A DNA stretch of 64,000 nucleotides from an uncultured Candidatus Rokubacteria bacterium. Lineage in GTDB: Bacteria > Methylomirabilota > Methylomirabilia > Rokubacteriales > DASRDR01. Of the stretch, positions 1 through 10,019 are shown in pieces. Under the pieces are notes generated by a model. That model did not search any database, was not told the DNA's origin, and saw only the letters and a program-made list of their open reading frames with translations. A program made the translations under genes and the position numbers. The number at the start of each line of letters is the position of its first letter. The stretch's first letter is position 1. Location: contig CAWDVE010000017.1 in NCBI GenBank assembly GCA_963805625.1, positions 192,001-256,000 of the forward strand, written 5' to 3'.

Positions 1-1992
1 GGGACGTTCACCGACCTCGTCGCCATCGATCCCGCCTCCGGGGTGGTCCGCTCCCGCAAGGTCCTCACGACGCCCGAGGCGCCGGCGCGCGGCGTCCTGG
101 CGGGTCTCCAGGCGCTGGCGCCCGACGCGAGCTCGATCGCCCACGGGACCACGATCGTCACGAACGCCATCGTCGAGGGCCGGCACGCTCGCACGGCCCT
201 CGTCACCACGCGGGGCTTCCGGGACGTGCTCGAGATCGCCCGCCAGAGCCGCCAGGAGCTCTACCGGCTCGACGTCCCGCCGCGGCCGCCGCCGCTCGTG
301 CCCCGCCACCTCCGGCTCGAGGTGACGGAGCGCGTCTTCGCCGATGGCCGGGTCGCCGTGGCCCTCGCGGAGGACGAGCTGCCGGCGCTGGTGGCCGAGC
401 TCCGCGCGAGCGGCGTCGAGGCGGTGGCGGTCTGCCTCCTCCATGCCTACGCGCATCCGGCCCACGAAGCGCGCCTCCGTGCGGCGCTCGAGGGGCAGGT
501 CCCCTTCGTTTCCGCCTCGCACGAGATCAACGCGGAGTATCGGGAATACGAGCGCACGGCGACGACGGCGCTGAACGCGGCGGTCATGCCGATCGCCGAC
601 CGCTACCTCGCCGACCTCGACGCCTCGCTCGCCCGGGCGGGCGTCGGCGCGACGCTCCACCTGCTCCAGTCGAGCGGCGGCATGATGTCGGCGGCGGTCG
701 CGCGGCGGCGCCCGCTTGCCATGGCCGTATCCGGGCCAGCGGGGGGCGTTGCGGCGTCGCGGTTCCTCGCTGAGACTGTTGGCCTCCGGAACGCCATCGC
801 CTTCGACATGGGTGGGACGACCACGGACGTCTGCCTGATCGCCGACGGGCGGGCGGAGACCCTGCCCCAGCGTCGGCTGGGCGGGCACCCCGTGCGGCTC
901 CCCTCGGTCGGCGTCGAGTCTATCGGCGCGGGCGGGGGCTCGCTAGCCCGGGCTGAGGGCGTCGCGCTCCGAGTCGGGCCGGAGAGCGCGGGGGCCCGGC
1001 CGGGTCCCGCGTGCTACGGTCTCGGGGGCACGGCGCCCACCGTAACCGACGCGCACGCGGTGGCGGGCACGCTCCGGGCCGACGCCCTCCTCGGCGAGGC
1101 GATCCGCGTGGACGGGGCCCGTGCTCGGGCGGCGCTCGAGCCCGTGGCGCGCACGCTCGGGCTCGGGCTCCACGAGGCGGCGGCGGGCGTCCTCGAGGTG
1201 GCGAACGCCGCGATGCGACGCGCGATCCGCCTCATCTCCGTCCAGCGGGGCCGCGACCTTCGCGGCTTCACGCTGATCGCCTACGGCGGCGCCGGACCGC
1301 TCCACGCGGGGCGGCTGGCGCAGGAGCTCGGCATGCCGGGCGTGGTTGTCCCCGCGCACGCGGGCGTCTTCTCGGCGCTCGGCTGCGTCGTGGCCGAGGT
1401 GGCCTACGACCACGTTCAGACCTTCTATCGGTCGCTCGACGGCCTGGCGGCAACGGAGCTCGATGCCCGGTTCGCGCCGCTGGTGGCGGCGGTGCGCGCC
1501 CCTCTCCTGGCCGAGGGCCATCGGCCCGAGGCGATCGAGGTGCGGCGGAGCGTCGACGTCCGGTACGTCGGGCAGAACTACGAGCTCGAGGTGGCGTGGG
1601 CCGGGGACGTCGACGGGCTCCGCGCGAGTTTCCATGCCCTCCACCGGCAGCTCTACGCGTACGCGACGGACGACGCGGCAGAGTGCGTGAACCTCCGCGT
1701 CCGCGCCGGGGTCGAGGCGGTGGGGGCGCGGCTGCCGGAGTGGCCCGCGACCGGGACCGGCCAGCCGTTTGCGGAGCACGAAGCGTACTTCCCCGAGACC
1801 GGGTCCACCGTCCTCCCGGTGTACCGGCGGGAGGATCTCCCACCCGACCAGCCGGTCATGGGTCCGGCCCTCATCGAGGATCCGTGGGCCACGACCCTCG
1901 TCTACCCGAGCCACACGGCCCGCCTCGACCGCGCCGGGAACCTGTGGATGGGTGCCGGCTCGGACTTCCTGTCGATGGGGGTCAGACTGTGA
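1..1992 (+). CDS. Hydantoinase/oxoprolinase family, A subunit (5' end lies outside the window)
   Basis: Frame is open from base 1 (GTFTDLV). Motifs [40 protein letters not shown] and YGGAGPLHA. Confidence 0.92.
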   Translation, partial: GTFTDLVAIDPASGVVRSRKVLTTPEAPARGVLAGLQALAPDASSIAHGTTIVTNAIVEGRHARTALVTTRGFRDVLEIARQSRQELYRLDVPPRPPPLVPRHLRLEVTERVFADGRVAVALAEDELPALVAELRASGVEAVAVCLLHAYAHPAHEARLRAALEGQVPFVSASHEINAEYREYERTATTALNAAVMPIADRYLADLDASLARAGVGATLHLLQSSGGMMSAAVARRRPLAMAVSGPAGGVAASRFLAETVGLRNAIAFDMGGTTTDVCLIADGRAETLPQRRLGGHPVRLPSVGVESIGAGGGSLARAEGVALRVGPESAGARPGPACYGLGGTAPTVTDAHAVAGTLRADALLGEAIRVDGARARAALEPVARTLGLGLHEAAAGVLEVANAAMRRAIRLISVQRGRDLRGFTLIAYGGAGPLHAGRLAQELGMPGVVVPAHAGVFSALGCVVAEVAYDHVQTFYRSLDGLAATELDARFAPLVAAVRAPLLAEGHRPEAIEVRRSVDVRYVGQNYELEVAWAGDVDGLRASFHALHRQLYAYATDDAAECVNLRVRAGVEAVGARLPEWPATGTGQPFAEHEAYFPETGSTVLPVYRREDLPPDQPVMGPALIEDPWATTLVYPSHTARLDRAGNLWMGAGSDFLSMGVRL

Positions 1993-2035
1993 TGGTCCCA
2001 TGCTCCGGCGCTTGCCACTCCCCGGAGACGCAGAA

Positions 2036-3700
2036 ATGTCGGTCAGTCAGAGCCTGAGCCCGGTCACCCTGGAAGTCGTGCGCCACGCGATCTACGCGAT
2101 CGCGGATGAGATGAGCCTCATCATCATGCGCTCCGCGCGCTCCACGCTGCTCAAGGAGACGGGCGACCTGTCGAGCGCGCTCACCGACGCGCGCGGCCGG
2201 CTCATCGCCCAGGGCCGTGACATCCCTATCCACCTCGGCGTGATGGCCTTCACGGTGAAGGAGTTCCTCCGGCGCGTGCCGCGGCGGGAGCTCCGCGACG
2301 GAGACGTCTGGTACCTGAACCTCCCCGAGGTCGGCGGCAACCACCTTCCCGACGTGAAAGCGATCCGGCCAGTGTTCGCGGGCGGGCGGCTCGTCGCCTT
2401 CGCCATCAACCTCGCCCACTGGGTTGACATCGGCGGCGCCGTCCCAGGGTCGTACGTGCCGTGGGCGGACGAGGCCATTCAGGAGGGGCTCCGGATCGCG
2501 CCGATCAAGGTGTTCGACCGGAAGGGGCCCACGCGGGCCCTCGACTTCATCATGGCGAACGTCCGTGGCCGGGAGGAGCGCGAGGGCGACTGCCGCGCCA
2601 TGTACTCCGCGGTCGAGGTCGGGGCCCGGCGTCTCGGCGAGCTCTTCGAGCGCTATGGGTCTCCAACGATCCTCGGCTGCTTCGACCGCTACCGGGCCGA
2701 GTCGGAGGCCGCCATGCGGGCGGCGATCCGCGGGATCCCCGACGGCGTGTACGCGGGTGAGGACTGGATCGACGACGACGGCCACGAGGATCGGCCCGTG
2801 CCGGTCCGGGTGACCGTCGCCGTGCGGGGCGAGCGCGCCGCGTTCGACTTCACCGGCACCGGCCCGGCGGTAAAGGGCCCGGTGAACGCGACGCCGTTTG
2901 TCACCTGCTCCGCGGTCTACTACAGTGTGAAATCGCTCGTCGCCCCCGACGTTCCCGCGAACGACGGGTGCTACCGTCCCATTACGGCGCACATCCCGCC
3001 GGGCACGATCCTGAACCCGCCACTCAGCGCTCCGGTCGTCGGCGGCAATCACGAGACGTCCCAGCGGGTCGTGGACGCGTGCTACAAGGCGCTCGCTCAG
3101 GCCATTCCCGAGCGCATCACCGCCGGCGGTCCCACCACCGCAGGGATCCTCCTCTTCGGCAGCCGCCAGGACGGGCGGTGGCGCATCTTCTACGAGGTCC
3201 ACGGAGGCGGGGAAGGCGCCAGCGCGACGCGGGACGGTGGCCACGCCGTGCGGGTCCACATGTCCAACGTCATGAACACGGCGGTCGAGGTCGTCGAGAC
3301 CGAGCACCCGTTCGAGATCCTCCGCCACGCCCTCCGGCCGGGGAGCGGCGGCGCCGGCGCACACCGGGGCGGGTGCGGCTTCACGCGGGCGTATCGGCTT
3401 CTGGCCGACGCCACGCTTACGACCATGCTCGAGCGACGCGTCGTCCCGCCGTGGGGCGCGTTCGGCGGCGCTCCCGGCGCCCCCTACCGCGTCACGCTCG
3501 AGCGGAGCGGGACGGCGCGCGACGTCAAGGGAAAGGAGACGCTCCGCCTCCGGGCCGGCGACGTCGTCGTGATCGAGACCTGCGGGGGCGGCGGGTACGG
3601 CGACCCGGCGGCCCGGTCGCCCGAGCTCCTAGCCCGCGACCGGCTCGAGGGGTACGTGCCCGCCGAGTCTGCGAGCGCGGACGGCGATGGCCGCGCCTGA
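2036..3700 (+). CDS. Hydantoinase B/oxoprolinase family protein
   Basis: ATG at 2036 (MSVSQSLSPVTLEVV). Motifs GGNHLPD, HWVDIGG, QEGLRI and ETCGGGGYGDP; follows the A subunit. Confidence 0.92.
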   Translation: MSVSQSLSPVTLEVVRHAIYAIADEMSLIIMRSARSTLLKETGDLSSALTDARGRLIAQGRDIPIHLGVMAFTVKEFLRRVPRRELRDGDVWYLNLPEVGGNHLPDVKAIRPVFAGGRLVAFAINLAHWVDIGGAVPGSYVPWADEAIQEGLRIAPIKVFDRKGPTRALDFIMANVRGREEREGDCRAMYSAVEVGARRLGELFERYGSPTILGCFDRYRAESEAAMRAAIRGIPDGVYAGEDWIDDDGHEDRPVPVRVTVAVRGERAAFDFTGTGPAVKGPVNATPFVTCSAVYYSVKSLVAPDVPANDGCYRPITAHIPPGTILNPPLSAPVVGGNHETSQRVVDACYKALAQAIPERITAGGPTTAGILLFGSRQDGRWRIFYEVHGGGEGASATRDGGHAVRVHMSNVMNTAVEVVETEHPFEILRHALRPGSGGAGAHRGGCGFTRAYRLLADATLTTMLERRVVPPWGAFGGAPGAPYRVTLERSGTARDVKGKETLRLRAGDVVVIETCGGGGYGDPAARSPELLARDRLEGYVPAESASADGDGRA

Positions 3701-3711
3701 GGGAGATCCTG

Positions 3712-4491
3712 ATGAAGCTCGCGGGCCAGACGGCGCTCGTGACGGGGGCGGCGAAGGGCATGGGGCGTGCCATCTCGCTCCGCCTCGCGGAGGAGGGGGC
3801 GGATCTCGTCCTCGCTGCGCGCGAGGTTCCGCCCCTCGAGGCGGTGGCCGCGGAGGCCCGCGCCCTCGGGCGGCGGACCCTCGTCGTCCCCGTCGACGTC
3901 CGCGACGAGGATCAGGTCCGAGCCATGGTCGCGAGCGCGCTCAGAACCTTCGATCGCATCGACGCCCTCGTGAACTGCGCGGGAACCACCGGACCCGTCG
4001 AGACGCCCGTTCAAGACATCCGGGCGGAGGACTGGGACGATCTCCTCGCGATTAACCTCAGGGGCACCTTCCTTCCGACCAAGCACGTCGTGCCGGTGAT
4101 GCTCCGCCAGCACCGCGGGAAGATCGTGAACATCGCGGGGACCTCCGGTCTTCGGGGATACAAGCTCCGCGCGGCCTACTCGTCCTCCAAGTGGGCAGTG
4201 CGCGGGTTCACGCGGACGGTTGCGCTCGAGGTCGGCCCCCACGGGATCAACGTCAACTGCGTTGCCCCCGGGATCGTGGCGGGGGAGCGCATGGACCGGC
4301 TCTGCCGCGAGAAGGCGAAGAAGCGCGGGTGGACGCCCGAGCAGGTCTACGAGGAGTACGTGCAGGAGATGGCGCTCCGCCGCGTCACGACAGCCGAGGA
4401 CATCGCGAACGCCGTGCTGTTCCTCTGCAGCGAGGAGTCGCGTAACATGACCGGGCAGTGCCTGACGGTGGACGGCGGCTGGGACGTGTAG
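3712..4491 (+). CDS. Short-chain dehydrogenase/reductase
   Basis: TGAAKGMG Rossmann motif, NCAG, YSSSK (YxxxK) and C-terminal TGQCLTVDGG. GGGAG precedes the ATG. Confidence 0.92.
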   Translation: MKLAGQTALVTGAAKGMGRAISLRLAEEGADLVLAAREVPPLEAVAAEARALGRRTLVVPVDVRDEDQVRAMVASALRTFDRIDALVNCAGTTGPVETPVQDIRAEDWDDLLAINLRGTFLPTKHVVPVMLRQHRGKIVNIAGTSGLRGYKLRAAYSSSKWAVRGFTRTVALEVGPHGINVNCVAPGIVAGERMDRLCREKAKKRGWTPEQVYEEYVQEMALRRVTTAEDIANAVLFLCSEESRNMTGQCLTVDGGWDV

Positions 4492-4502
4492 CGGAGGATC
4501 GG

Positions 4503-5540
4503 ATGAAGCGCAGCGGGCTCACGAAGCAGGCGCCCCATCCCTGGCCCTTCTCGCACGGCGTAGTGGTCGAGGGGCCGGCGCGGCTCGTCTTCCTGGCCGG
4601 GCAGGTCGCGTTCGACCGTCACGGGCCCGACCGGCAGCTCGTCGGCGTCGGCGATCCGGCGGCGCAGACTCGCCAGGCGATCGAGAACGTTCGGACGCTC
4701 CTCCGCCAGGCCGGCGGCGACCTCCAACACGTGGTGGAGATGACCGTCTACGCGACCAGCGCGGAGCTCATGGAGCCGGCCGGCCGGGTCGCGCAGACGT
4801 ACTTCGCCGACCCGCTACCGGCGCAGTCGTTCATCGTGGTGAAGGCGCTCGCGCGCCCGGAGCTGCTCGTCGAGATCCGCGCGATTGCGGCCATCCCCCT
4901 GCCGCGCGCCGGGGGGCGCACGATCCGCGGCCGGCGACGGGCGCGCACGATCCGCGGCCAGGCGTCGGCCGCGCGCCCGGCGGACCTGACCAGGCCGGCC
5001 GAGAACCGGACGCGAGGAGGCAACATGGGACGAAAGGTGCTGGCGCCGACGGCGGACGCGAAGCCGATCGGCATGTACTCGGCGGGATTCTCCGTGGACC
5101 CGGCGCGCCTGGTGTTCGTCTCCGGGCAGGTGGCGATGAACGCCGAGGGCCATGTGGTGGGCGAGGGCGACATCAAGGTGCAGGCGGGCCAGGTGTACCG
5201 GAACCTGGCGGCGGTCCTGGCCGAGGCGGGCTGCACGCTCCGCGACGTCGTCAAGTTTACGACGTTCCTCGTCCGGAATGAGGACTGGACGCCGTTCGCC
5301 GAATGGCGCCGGGCCGAGTATCCGAAGCTGTTCCCGGATGGCGTCTATCCAGCGAACACCGGCGTCGTGGTGGTGGAGCTCGCGCGCCCGACCCTGCTCC
5401 TCGAGGTGGAAGCCATTGCCGTGCGGCCGGGCGGGCCGACGGCGCGAAGCCGGCGGCCGCGGGCCGGCGCGGCGAGCCGTCGGGGAGGTCGAGGCCCGGG
5501 AAAGAAGACGAGCCGGGCGCGCGGGCGGCGTCGCGCTTGA
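4503..5540 (+). CDS. Two RidA/YjgF domains in one frame (possibly two genes, second start at 5025)
   Basis: Both domains carry VFLAGQVA/VFVSGQVA and ELLVEIRAIA/LLLEVEAIA. Internal GAGGAGG-caac-ATG at 5025. Confidence 0.8.
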   Translation: MKRSGLTKQAPHPWPFSHGVVVEGPARLVFLAGQVAFDRHGPDRQLVGVGDPAAQTRQAIENVRTLLRQAGGDLQHVVEMTVYATSAELMEPAGRVAQTYFADPLPAQSFIVVKALARPELLVEIRAIAAIPLPRAGGRTIRGRRRARTIRGQASAARPADLTRPAENRTRGGNMGRKVLAPTADAKPIGMYSAGFSVDPARLVFVSGQVAMNAEGHVVGEGDIKVQAGQVYRNLAAVLAEAGCTLRDVVKFTTFLVRNEDWTPFAEWRRAEYPKLFPDGVYPANTGVVVVELARPTLLLEVEAIAVRPGGPTARSRRPRAGAASRRGGRGPGKKTSRARGRRRA

Positions 5541-5556
5541 GAGGCCGTCCGGCGGC

Positions 5557-5808
5557 GTGGTCGTCACGGTGCGGTACATCTTCGGGCTCGCGCGGGCGGC
5601 GGACGGTGGCGACGCGCTCTCGCTCGAGCTGCCGGCCGGGTCGACGGTGTTCGAGGCGCTCCAGCGGCTGGGGCTGTCGGCGCTGGAGCTTCACGCGGCC
5701 GTCAACGGCGAGTCAGCCGCCGACGGCACAGTGCTCCGGGACGGCGACGAGATGATACTGATCCCGTCCATCCAGGGCGGGCGGGGTGAACGGGAGGCGT
5801 GGCCATGA
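5557..5808 (+). CDS. MoaD/ThiS-family sulfur-carrier (ubiquitin-like) protein
   Basis: AAVNGE...LRDGDEMILIPSIQGG motif followed by an 8-aa extension; lies next to Mo-hydroxylase genes. Confidence 0.75.
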   Translation: MVVTVRYIFGLARAADGGDALSLELPAGSTVFEALQRLGLSALELHAAVNGESAADGTVLRDGDEMILIPSIQGGRGEREAWP

Positions 5809-6317
5809 GACAGGCGATGGTCGTGGCGAGCGTGCTCGCGGGTCTTGGACTCGCAGGCACTCCGGCGGGGCCGGCGGCGGCCCAGACCCGCGTGATCGTG
5901 CCGATCGTCATCCAGACGCAACGAGCGGCGTCGCCGCAGTCGGCGCGCACGCCGTCCATCCACGTCACCTCCCGGACGGCGTCCCCCCAGCCGGGCGTGA
6001 CGACGACACGGGTCACGGTGCGAGACACCACGGGGGCCGGCCGGAGCGTCGGTTTCTCGCCGGCGAGCCAGACGATGGCGACCGTCCCGGCCGGGACACC
6101 CTCGGTCCTGGTCACGGTCGACCGGCGGCGCGGGCCGGACGGAGCCGGCGCCCCAGGCCGGACGCGGGTGACTGTCGAGGACGTCTCGCACTCGAACCGC
6201 GCTCTGGGCGGTCCCGCGCCCGTGTCGATCCAGCGGGCGGTCGGACTCGGGCACCAGACGCTAATCATCACGAGCGAGGCGCCCATCGACGCGCCGATCG
6301 TGATCCTGGCCCCCTAG
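5805..6317 (+). CDS. Hypothetical secreted protein with repeated beta-strand motifs
   Basis: GGAGG RBS, signal peptide ending AAA-Q, repeated TRVTV and TPSxxVT motifs. Confidence 0.65.
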   Translation: MRQAMVVASVLAGLGLAGTPAGPAAAQTRVIVPIVIQTQRAASPQSARTPSIHVTSRTASPQPGVTTTRVTVRDTTGAGRSVGFSPASQTMATVPAGTPSVLVTVDRRRGPDGAGAPGRTRVTVEDVSHSNRALGGPAPVSIQRAVGLGHQTLIITSEAPIDAPIVILAP

Positions 6318-6319
6318 CG

Positions 6320-7174
6320 GTGCTCCTGCCGCGCTTCGAGTATCGGCGCGCGACGTCGTTGCTCCAGGCGGCGACGTTCCTTGCGGAGAACCCGGTGGCG
6401 CAGGCCCTCGCGGGGGGCACCGATCTCCTGGTCGACCTCCGCGAGCGGCGGCGGCAGCCGCCCATGCTCGTCGACGTCGGCGACCTGGCCGAGCTCCGGG
6501 GGATCGAGACGGACGACGGCACCACGCGGATCGGCGGCGGGGTGACGGTGGGCGAGCTGCTCGCCTCGCCCCTCGTCACGGCCCGCCTGCCGGCGCTTCG
6601 GGCCGCCGCCCGGGACTTCGCCGACTTCCTGACGCGGAACAAGGCCACGCTCGGTGGGAACCTCGCGAACGCGAGTCCCGGCGCCGATCTCGTCGTCCCC
6701 CTGCTGGCGCTGGACGCGGCCGTGGTTCTCGCGGGCCCGGGTGGCGAGCGGACGGTTCCGCTGGACGCCTTCCTGCTCGGACCCCGCCGGACGGCGGCAC
6801 GCCCCGGCGAGCTGATCCGGCAGGTCGTGGTGGCGCGGCACGGCGGCCGCCAGGCCTGGTACAAGCTCGGGCTGAAGCGTGGCGGCGCGATCGCGGTTGT
6901 GAGCGTCGCCACCTGGATCGCGCTGGATGCATCCGGGCGTGTCAGCGACGCGCGGATCGCCCTGGGCGCAGTGGGGCCGCGGCCGTTCCGCCCGCGCGAT
7001 GCGGAGGCGCACCTCGTCGGCGCCCCGCTCGACCCGGACCGCGTGGGGCGCGCGGCCGGCCTGGCCGCCGCCGCTGCCCGACCCATCACCGACGTGCGCG
7101 GCGGCGCCGACTACCGGACGGCCATGGTCCACGCGCTGGTCGCGCGCTGTCTCGGCGCCGCGAGGGGTGATTAG
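6320..7174 (+). CDS. Xanthine dehydrogenase family FAD-binding subunit (CoxM-like)
   Basis: Motifs LAGGTDL, RNKATLGGNLANASPGAD, ARIALGAV and DVRGGADYR. Confidence 0.9.
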   Translation: MLLPRFEYRRATSLLQAATFLAENPVAQALAGGTDLLVDLRERRRQPPMLVDVGDLAELRGIETDDGTTRIGGGVTVGELLASPLVTARLPALRAAARDFADFLTRNKATLGGNLANASPGADLVVPLLALDAAVVLAGPGGERTVPLDAFLLGPRRTAARPGELIRQVVVARHGGRQAWYKLGLKRGGAIAVVSVATWIALDASGRVSDARIALGAVGPRPFRPRDAEAHLVGAPLDPDRVGRAAGLAAAAARPITDVRGGADYRTAMVHALVARCLGAARGD

Positions 7175-7176
7175 CC

Positions 7177-7665
7177 GTGCGGCCCATCGAGCTCGTGCTG
7201 AACGGCACGCGGGTCCGGACGACGGTGGAGTCCCACGAGACCCTCCTGGGCGTGCTCCGCCAGCGCCTCGCGGCGACCGAGGTCAAGTCGGGCTGCGAGC
7301 GGGGCGACTGCGGCGCGTGCGCGGTCCTGCTCGACGGCCGGGCGATCAACTCCTGCCTGGCGCTGGCCGTCCAGGCGGACGGCCGCGCGGTCACGACGGT
7401 GCGCGGGCTCGGGACGCCGGAGGCCCCGCACCCGCTCCAGGCCGCTTTCATCGAGCTGGGCGCGGCGCAGTGCGGGATCTGCATCCCGGGCATGCTGGTC
7501 ACGCTCTATGCGGCCCTTGCGGCGAATCCCGACGCGAGCCGCCAGGAGATCCGCGAGGCGATCGGCGGCAATCTCTGCCGCTGCACCGGGTACCACAAGA
7601 TCGTGGACGCCGCCCTCGCCGCCGCCAGCTCGAGTCTCGGCCGGTCGGAGCGCCGTCATGAGTGA
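7177..7665 (+). CDS. Xanthine dehydrogenase family 2x[2Fe-2S] subunit (CoxS-like)
   Basis: Motifs GCERGDCGAC, QCGICIPG and GNLCRCTGY. Confidence 0.95.
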   Translation: MRPIELVLNGTRVRTTVESHETLLGVLRQRLAATEVKSGCERGDCGACAVLLDGRAINSCLALAVQADGRAVTTVRGLGTPEAPHPLQAAFIELGAAQCGICIPGMLVTLYAALAANPDASRQEIREAIGGNLCRCTGYHKIVDAALAAASSSLGRSERRHE

Positions 7666-9985
7666 CGGCTCGGCGGCTCCGTCGACGCCCGGCCCCGGCG
7701 GCTTCCGGATCGTCGGCCAGCGGGCGCCCCGGCCCGACGCCACCGATAAAGTCTTCGGGCTCACGCGCTACGCCGACGACTTCGCCATGGGCGGCATGCT
7801 CCACGCGAAGGTCGTGCGCTCCCCCCGCCCCTCGGCGCGGATCGTCCGGATCGACGTGAGCGCGGCCGAGGCCGTGCCCGGAGTGCGGTGCGTTCTCACG
7901 GCGCGGGACGTCCCGCACAACGTCCTCTTCAGCGACGTCCCCGGTCAGACGACGACGGTGGGCCCCCTGCGCGCCCGGACCCAGGTGCTCGCGGAGGAGG
8001 TGGTGCGTTTTCTTGGAGAGCCCGTCGCGCTCGTGGCCGCGGAGAGCGAGGAGGCGGCGGAGGAGGGCGCCCGCCGCGTGACCGTCGAGTACACGGATCT
8101 TCCCGGCGTCTTCGATCCCGAGGCGGCGATGCGCCCCGACGCGCCCCAGCTCGAGCCGACCGGGAACGTCATCTCGCGCTGGAAGATCCGCAAGGGCCAC
8201 GTGGAGGCGGGCTTCCGCGAGGCCGATGTCGTCATCGAGCGGAGCTACCGGACGCCGTTCATCGACCACGCCTTCATCGAGCCCGAGGCCGGCGTCGCCT
8301 GGCTCGACGAGAACGGCGTGATCACGATCCGCGTGGCGACGCAGGTCATCGAGCACTTCCGCGACGTCGCCAACGTGCTGGGACTTCCCCATTCCCGGGT
8401 CCGGATCATCGCGCCGTACATCGGCGGCGGCTTCGGGGGCAAGGAGGACGTCACGGTCGAGGTGTTCCTCGGGCTCCTGGTCTGGAAGACCACGCGGCCG
8501 GTGAGGCTCTGCTACTCGCGCGAGGAATCGATCATCTCGCCGACGAAGCGGCACCCGTTCATCATGCGGTACAAGCACGGCGCCCGCCGGGACGGCACGC
8601 TCGTCGCGGTCGAGGTCGAACTCATCTCCGACGCCGGCGCCTACGCGTACCTGTCGCCGCTGACCCTCCTCTACGGCATGGTCCACGCTGCGGGGCCGTA
8701 CCGCATTCCCCACGTCAAGGTCGACGGGGTATCGGTCCTGACGAACAACCCGCCGACCTCCGCCTTCCGGGGCTTCGGCTCGGCGCAGCCGGCGTTCGCC
8801 TACGAGAGCCAGATGGACGAGCTGGCCCGGGCCCTCGGCCTGGACCCCCTTGCCTTCCGCGAGCGGAACTACCTCCGGAAGGGCGAGCGGCTGGCCTCGG
8901 GACAGGAGCTCGAGACGGCGGTGTGGCTGCCCGAGACCGCCCGCCGCGCCTCGGCCGCCCTCGGCCTTCCCCGCGCGCCCTCGGCCCCCGGCAAGCGCGT
9001 GGGACGGGGCATCGCGTCGGCGCTCACGTCCTACGGGCGGATCGTCTGGCTCCACGACTGGGCGAGCGCGTGGGTGGAGCTCCAGATGGACGGCACGGTC
9101 CTGGTCCGGACCGGCGTCCCCGACATCGGTGGCGGCCAGGCGGCCTCGCTGGTGCAGATCACGGCGGAGCTCCTGGGCGTGCCCCAGGCGGACATCGCCA
9201 TCCACATCGGCGACTCGGCGCTCACGCCGCTCGCGGGCACCACCACCGCCACCCGGCAGCTCTACATGTCGGGCTCCGCGGTGCACAAGGCGGCGAGCGA
9301 GCTCCGTGCGACGCTCATCACCCAGGCGGCCGAGCTGTTCGCCGCGCCCCCGGACGCCGTGGAGCTGGCCGACGGGGCGGCGGTGATGCGCGACGCGCCG
9401 GATCGGCGGGTGGCATTTGGGGAGCTGGCGGCGGCCTGCGCGCGTGCGCATCGGCCGCGATCGGCGTTCGCCATCTACCAGGCGCCGGCGGGGCAGGTGA
9501 TGGACTTCGAGACCGGGCAGGGGAAGGTGTTCCCGGACTTCACCTTCGGCTCACAGGCGGCCGATGTCGAGGTCGACGAGGCGACGGGGGAGGTCGCGGT
9601 GCTGGCGCTTGCGGCGTGCTACGACGTGGGCCGCGCCATCAATCGGAACTCGGTCGAGGGTCAGATGGAGGGCGGCGCCGCGATGGGTCTCGGCTACGCA
9701 CTCCTCGAGGAGGATCGGGTGGCGGAGGGAGTAACCCTCACGCCCAACCTCATGACCTACCTCATCCCGACGGCGCTCGACGTTCCCGACGTGACCACGA
9801 TTGTCCTCGAGTCCGGCGAGGGCATGGGCCCCTGGGGCGCCCGCGGGATCGGCGAGCCCGCGATGGTCCCGACCGCGCCTGCGATCGCCAACGCCGTTCG
9901 TGACGCGGTCGGCGTCCGCCTGACGCGCCTGCCGATCACGCCCGAGCGCCTCTGGCGCGCGATGCAGGACGCCCGGCCGTCCTGA
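7658..9985 (+). CDS. Xanthine dehydrogenase family molybdopterin-binding subunit
   Basis: Motifs GGGFGGK, SAFRGFG, EGQMEGG and RGIGEP. Confidence 0.93.
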   Translation: MSDGSAAPSTPGPGGFRIVGQRAPRPDATDKVFGLTRYADDFAMGGMLHAKVVRSPRPSARIVRIDVSAAEAVPGVRCVLTARDVPHNVLFSDVPGQTTTVGPLRARTQVLAEEVVRFLGEPVALVAAESEEAAEEGARRVTVEYTDLPGVFDPEAAMRPDAPQLEPTGNVISRWKIRKGHVEAGFREADVVIERSYRTPFIDHAFIEPEAGVAWLDENGVITIRVATQVIEHFRDVANVLGLPHSRVRIIAPYIGGGFGGKEDVTVEVFLGLLVWKTTRPVRLCYSREESIISPTKRHPFIMRYKHGARRDGTLVAVEVELISDAGAYAYLSPLTLLYGMVHAAGPYRIPHVKVDGVSVLTNNPPTSAFRGFGSAQPAFAYESQMDELARALGLDPLAFRERNYLRKGERLASGQELETAVWLPETARRASAALGLPRAPSAPGKRVGRGIASALTSYGRIVWLHDWASAWVELQMDGTVLVRTGVPDIGGGQAASLVQITAELLGVPQADIAIHIGDSALTPLAGTTTATRQLYMSGSAVHKAASELRATLITQAAELFAAPPDAVELADGAAVMRDAPDRRVAFGELAAACARAHRPRSAFAIYQAPAGQVMDFETGQGKVFPDFTFGSQAADVEVDEATGEVAVLALAACYDVGRAINRNSVEGQMEGGAAMGLGYALLEEDRVAEGVTLTPNLMTYLIPTALDVPDVTTIVLESGEGMGPWGARGIGEPAMVPTAPAIANAVRDAVGVRLTRLPITPERLWRAMQDARPS

Positions 9986-10019
9986 CCGGCTGGCCCCCGA
10001 CCGCGGACGTGCCCAGCTG

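Noticed and set aside
7658-9985. Aerobic CO dehydrogenase
   Set aside because: The active-site loop is AFRGFG, not the form I AYxCSFR, so it is a generic Mo-hydroxylase.
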